Assembly (NCBI GenBank): GCA_002269645.1 | Contig: NIVC01002515.1 | Span: 1-64,000 of the forward strand | DNA from: Macrostomum lignano | Lineage: Eukaryota | Direction of reading: 5' to 3' | DNA: 64,000 nt | Shown: positions 59,612 through 64,000 of the stretch, piece by piece | Layout of the letters: the number at the start of each line of letters is the position of its first letter | Numbering within the stretch: the first letter of the stretch is position 1 | Notes under the pieces: generated by a model | Seen by the model: only the letters and a program-made list of their open reading frames with translations | The model's database searches: none | Told to the model about the DNA's origin: nothing | Position numbers and translations under genes: made by a program

Positions 59612-62600
59612 TGTTAGCTCGGAGTCGATTATTGAATCACTTTCACTTGACAATCAAGCTGCATGCTCTCGCGGCTTACTTTGCCTTCTTTCGTTCTTTT
59701 TTATTTTCTTTAGCGCTGCCTTTGCTCATTACAACTCTATGGGTTTGGCCAAAGACAGCATACCGACGCACACACAAGCCGATACTAACACTCCTCCCAT
59801 GCGAGATAAAAAATACTCTAAAAGAATGCACCTCATGGTTTCATAATGAGGTGGAGACACGCTTTCAAATAATAAAATAAAAACAACAGGTACACAATCA
59901 GTTCACAAGAGTAGCTTTCCATTGCAAACTACGCTTGGATTCACGTTAAGCTCTGTTTGTTTGGTGTCCCGAGTTTTTTGTACTGCAGTCTATCAGGCGG
60001 CCTTCGATTACGAGTAGGATAGAGTTTATTAGCGTCTTCTGGGCGCGCTTGATCTTTTGAATCGCTATGACTTGTATCTTCCTCGGCCTCTTTAGCGTCG
60101 GTAACTCTTGGTTTTATCTGCTCCAGGTGCCTTCTCGAGATGTTTCCATCTTCACCTTCAACATTAACAATAGCCTTGCCTTCAGAGTTGATGACGACTC
60201 CAGGTGCCCATTTGCGTTGGTGATCATTGTAGACCTTGACCCACACCGGTTGCTTTGACAGTTGGGTGATCGGGCCACGCAATAAATGACCACGCATCAT
60301 TTCAGCTGGAGATTTCCCTGTGGCAGCGTGCTTTGCATTCCGATACTGCAGCAAGAATCTATCTATGTTGGCCTGCATGCAGCTTTCCTGCTGTGCTGCA
60401 CTGAGGTGGCTTTTTAGATCACGGACAAATCTCTCCGCTTGTCCATTCGATCGCGGATGATATGGTGGTGTTAGAATGTGCTTACACCCGATTGACTGTA
60501 GCCAGTTTTCCATATGCTTGGACGTAAATTGTGGTCCGTTATCGGACACTAGTGTAAGTGGCACACCTTCCTGTGCGAATGTGCGGCGAAGACGCAGAAT
60601 AGTTTCTTCCGTTGTAGTGGAACTCATCAGATGGACCTCAGCCCATTTACTGTAGGCGTCAATCATTATGAGGCAATATTTTCCATTATTAAATGGACCA
60701 GCATAGTCTATATGGACTCGGCTCCACTTCTCAGTTTCCTGTGGCCATGGAATCCATTCGCTCTTCGCATGATCTTTTTGCTGCTGGCAGTCCTTGCATG
60801 CCTTTGCCCGCTGCTGAATGTCCGCATCCACTGATGGCCACCATACGCACTGTCGGGCAATAGATTTCATTTTCTCCGCTCCTAAATGCCCATCATGAAG
60901 CGTTCGTAGCACTTGATCACGAAGTACAGTGGGGATAATAGTTCTAATTCCCCGATACAAGATTCCATCTTCAATGGAGAACTCGCTTTGTAGCCGGGAA
61001 AATTCTGGCAACTGATTCTTTCCCCTTACCGTCCATCCATGTTTTACTTGGGCAAACAGCTTACGCATTGTTGGATCCCGTAGCGACTGTCTGCGAATTT
61101 CTTTTTTATCCACCGGCATGTTGAGTACGGTGTCCTGAACTGTACTGACGTCAAATTGCTCATTATCGGCGCTCGTAGATGTCAATCTTGAAAGCGCATC
61201 GGCTACTGGAATCTCCTCAGATCGACGGCATTCCACGGTATAGTCATACGATGCCAGTGAGATCGCCCATCGCTGAATTCTAGCACTAGCCAGGCTGTTG
61301 AGGCTCTTTGCTGGATCAAATATATACTTCAGTGGATGATGATCCGTCACTAGTACAAACTTTCGAGCATACAAGTATTTATGAAGACGCTTAACAGCCC
61401 AGATGATTCCCAGCGCCTCGCGCTCAATTTGTGCATAGTTACGCTCCGGCTTACTGAGTGTCTTCGATATAAACATGACCGGTCCTTTGGATTGTTCAAG
61501 CACTGCTCCAAGACCGTAAGGAGAGGCGTCCGTTGTGAGTCTTGTAATTGAGTCGGATGGATCAAACGGTTTAATGACCTTCGACTCACAGATGCTAGTC
61601 TTGATTAGCTGGAACGCAGACTGTTCCATGGGTCCCCATCGCCACTCTTCATCCTGTCGAACGAGCTTCGCTAGAGGCTCTTTGATGGTAGATAGATTTT
61701 TTATAAATCTGGAGTAAAACTCTGCCAGGCCCAGGAATGATCTAAGCTCCTTGACAGACCTTGGATCTGCTAAACTCCGTATGGCTTCCATCTTGTCTTC
61801 TGCTGGACAGATTCCTTCGCTGCCAATGTCGAGTCCCAGAAACTTTACTCTACTGCGCTTGAGTGCACTTTTCTGATAGTTAACCACGACATTGTTTTCC
61901 TGTAGGATGCGTGTAACAACGTTAATCTGGTTGTCGTGTTCCTGTTCCGTTTTTCCATATATGAGGATGTCATCCTGGTAGCTAACCACATTTTTCTCCG
62001 AAGCTAATAGCTTGTCCATATATCCCTGAAAAATTGCCGGTGCCTGTTTGACACCATAAGCAAGGGCTTTGGGCTGATATAACCCGAAAGGGGTGCTCAG
62101 AGTTAGGATGCTTCCAGACGCATCGTCTACTGGTAACTGTAGGTAAGCGTTCGTCAGATCGAGAACAGAGAAGATCTTGGCTCCACCCAACTGGCTCAAC
62201 ACATCTTCAATGCATGGGGTGGTTGAGACCATATCGCATAGGGATTTGTTGACAGTCACCTTGTAGTCGCCGCATATGCGTATTTTTCCACTCTGCTTTC
62301 TCACAACCACAATCGGCGTTGCCCATTCGCTCTGATCAATCTTCTTCAGAATTCCTTCACTTTCCAGGCGGTCCAGTTCCTGTTTCACACTCTCTCGAAT
62401 GCCGTATGGTATAGGTCTTGGCTTGAGAAACACGGGTCTGGCTTCGTCCTTTAAAACTAGATGTGCTTCGAAATGCGTTACCTGGTAAATATTCAGGTGC
62501 GGCTCAAGGGCGTGCATCCACTCAAGCCCATAGATGTTCGGAGCTCCTGGCCGATCCACGATGAAGATAGGAAGCTGTGTTGTGATGCCGTTGAACTGCA

Positions 62601-63845
62601 CTGTGACGATCGACTTACCAAACAGCGGGACTGCACAGCCCTGATAGTCCTTAAATGTTCTGTCGGCTGGCATAACATCTGTCCTCTGTGACAGTTGTTC
62701 GAATGAGTGTTTGGATACCAATGAGGCATCCGCACCCGTATCAAACACCATTTCAACACTTGTGCCGTTAATACTCACTGTGCGCAAAATTCTCTGCTTG
62801 CTGGTTGTCATGGAGAATATCTTGTCGCATTGATCCTCTTCACACTTCTCCATTGATGGTGATTGCAGCACTAGTCGAACCCTTGAAGACTCTCGGTGTC
62901 TTTCGGCCTTTGTCTTCGAAGCTCTGCAGACAGATCTCAGGTGACCCAATTTTCCGCAGCTATCACACTTCAAGGATTTGAATCGGCATTCACTCTTTAG
63001 ATGACCAGGTTTCCCACAGCAGTAGCAAGTGACCTGCTTGGCGTTCTTGTCCTCACTCGTGGGTTTTTGTGAACGTTTCCTTCCGGCTTCGCTGCCTTTT
63101 TGCGGTCGACCACTTGTCTGACGCATCTGCAGTACATTCAAGCCGGTCATGTCTTTCTCCCCACGCTGGACCGCTTCGCAAGCCGCAGCTACCGCCGTTA
63201 CCTTGTCCCACGTCAGGTCTTCGATTTTCTCAGACAGTAGCTTCCGCAGAATCTCTTTACTCTGGAGTCCAAAGATAAACTGATCTCTGAGCCGGTCTGC
63301 CGAATCGGTAAATTTGCAGGCTTCGGACAGCTGCTTCAGCCTCCTGCTGTAAGTGGCTATGTCCTCATTGTTCTCCTGCTTCGCTTTATGGAACTCGTAG
63401 CGGCTTGCAATCACAGATTTCTCACCTTTGACCTCTTTGGTGAGCAGCTTGCTGAGCGTATCAAAGTCCTTGGTGTCCAACTTATCGGGCAGCACCGCAT
63501 CAGCAAGGAGGTTAAAAATTCGCTTGCTGAGCAGCGCCAGAAAAGCGTTGCGCTTTTTGTCGTCTTTCCAGTCATTCAGCGTTGCGCAGATTTCGAATCG
63601 CTGCAGCCATCGGTGGGGGTCCTCGCTCTCTTCTAGCGGTTCGATGGTTGGCAGCCTCGTCGCCATTGTTAGCTCGGAGTCGATTATTGAATCACTTTCA
63701 CTTGACAATCAAGCTGCATGCTCTCGCGGCTTACTTTGCCTTCTTTCGTTCTTTTTTATTTTCTTTAGCGCTGCCTTTGCTCATTACAACTCTATGGGTT
63801 TGGCCAAAGACAGCATACCGACGCACACACAAGCCGATACTAACA
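59612..63845 (-). mobile_element. Full-length Ty3/Gypsy LTR retrotransposon (4234 bp), Mag-like
   Basis: Two 179-bp LTRs (59612-59790 and 63667-63845) with TG..CA ends, identical by eye. 5-bp TSD CTTTG at 59607-59611 and 63846-63850. PBS TGGCGACGAG.. lies 1 nt inside the 5' LTR boundary; PPT ATGGGAGGAG precedes the 3' LTR. Confidence 0.97.
59941..63666 (-). CDS. Single Gag-Pol polyprotein (1241 aa from ATG 63666): Gag with two CCHC knuckles, protease, RT, RNase H, integrase
   Basis: CYCCGKPGHLKSEC, CDSCGKLGHLRSVC; FDTGADASL; DLTNAYLQ, YQDDIL; TDASPYGLGAVL, TDHHPL, ADALSR; HDGHLG..CKDC, HIDYAGP, SDNGPQF, GQAERFV. The order PR-RT-RH-IN is Ty3/Gypsy. Confidence 0.96.
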   Translation of the reverse strand: MATRLPTIEPLEESEDPHRWLQRFEICATLNDWKDDKKRNAFLALLSKRIFNLLADAVLPDKLDTKDFDTLSKLLTKEVKGEKSVIASRYEFHKAKQENNEDIATYSRRLKQLSEACKFTDSADRLRDQFIFGLQSKEILRKLLSEKIEDLTWDKVTAVAAACEAVQRGEKDMTGLNVLQMRQTSGRPQKGSEAGRKRSQKPTSEDKNAKQVTCYCCGKPGHLKSECRFKSLKCDSCGKLGHLRSVCRASKTKAERHRESSRVRLVLQSPSMEKCEEDQCDKIFSMTTSKQRILRTVSINGTSVEMVFDTGADASLVSKHSFEQLSQRTDVMPADRTFKDYQGCAVPLFGKSIVTVQFNGITTQLPIFIVDRPGAPNIYGLEWMHALEPHLNIYQVTHFEAHLVLKDEARPVFLKPRPIPYGIRESVKQELDRLESEGILKKIDQSEWATPIVVVRKQSGKIRICGDYKVTVNKSLCDMVSTTPCIEDVLSQLGGAKIFSVLDLTNAYLQLPVDDASGSILTLSTPFGLYQPKALAYGVKQAPAIFQGYMDKLLASEKNVVSYQDDILIYGKTEQEHDNQINVVTRILQENNVVVNYQKSALKRSRVKFLGLDIGSEGICPAEDKMEAIRSLADPRSVKELRSFLGLAEFYSRFIKNLSTIKEPLAKLVRQDEEWRWGPMEQSAFQLIKTSICESKVIKPFDPSDSITRLTTDASPYGLGAVLEQSKGPVMFISKTLSKPERNYAQIEREALGIIWAVKRLHKYLYARKFVLVTDHHPLKYIFDPAKSLNSLASARIQRWAISLASYDYTVECRRSEEIPVADALSRLTSTSADNEQFDVSTVQDTVLNMPVDKKEIRRQSLRDPTMRKLFAQVKHGWTVRGKNQLPEFSRLQSEFSIEDGILYRGIRTIIPTVLRDQVLRTLHDGHLGAEKMKSIARQCVWWPSVDADIQQRAKACKDCQQQKDHAKSEWIPWPQETEKWSRVHIDYAGPFNNGKYCLIMIDAYSKWAEVHLMSSTTTEETILRLRRTFAQEGVPLTLVSDNGPQFTSKHMENWLQSIGCKHILTPPYHPRSNGQAERFVRDLKSHLSAAQQESCMQANIDRFLLQYRNAKHAATGKSPAEMMRGHLLRGPITQLSKQPVWVKVYNDHQRKWAPGVVINSEGKAIVNVEGEDGNISRRHLEQIKPRVTDAKEAEEDTSHSDSKDQARPEDANKLYPTRNRRPPDRLQYKKLGTPNKQSLT

Positions 63846-64000
63846 CTTTGAAGGATTCCTTTTGAATGTTTAGATATATACAATTATAGGCCTACTAAAA
63901 TTATTTAATTTTTTGATAGCCTAATAAAATGGATCCAGGACTATTTGTCTGTCTTAGGCAAATGGCCAGTGGACTATTTGTTTGCTAGTGCTAAATAATA

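Overview
Intron-rich animal DNA saturated with micro- and minisatellites. The flatworm Macrostomum is my inference for the source, based on the array density, Q/A/P-rich proteins and a spliced-leader-like motif; this is not verified. Five host genes can be rebuilt by hand from splice sites. (1) TTLL10 tubulin glycylase (+, ~1.2-11.8 kb, one apparent 1-nt frameshift). (2) The 3' end of a minus-strand single-pass membrane protein gene (13.8-17.9 kb). (3) hunchback (+, 28.1-34.5 kb) with the four central zinc fingers but no C-terminal finger pair. (4) A ~1900-aa protein with three U1/matrin-type zinc fingers (+, 45.5-54.7 kb). (5) A 343-aa P/Q-rich orphan (+, 56.7-57.9 kb). Mobile elements: an intact DD34D mariner in a TTLL10 intron, an intact 4.2-kb Ty3/Gypsy with identical LTRs, a decayed DIRS-type element, two related hAT-type MITEs carrying minisatellites, a 2.4-kb hAT-like element, and a long-TIR element interrupted by a solo LTR. 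The best leads are an in-frame splice route fusing the TTLL10 catalytic domain to the mariner transposase (SETMAR-like), a possible genomic spliced-leader relic before the zinc-finger gene, the truncated Hunchback ending in PLDLR, and minisatellites born in or carried by DNA transposons. Most long ORFs in the supplied track are repeat artefacts.
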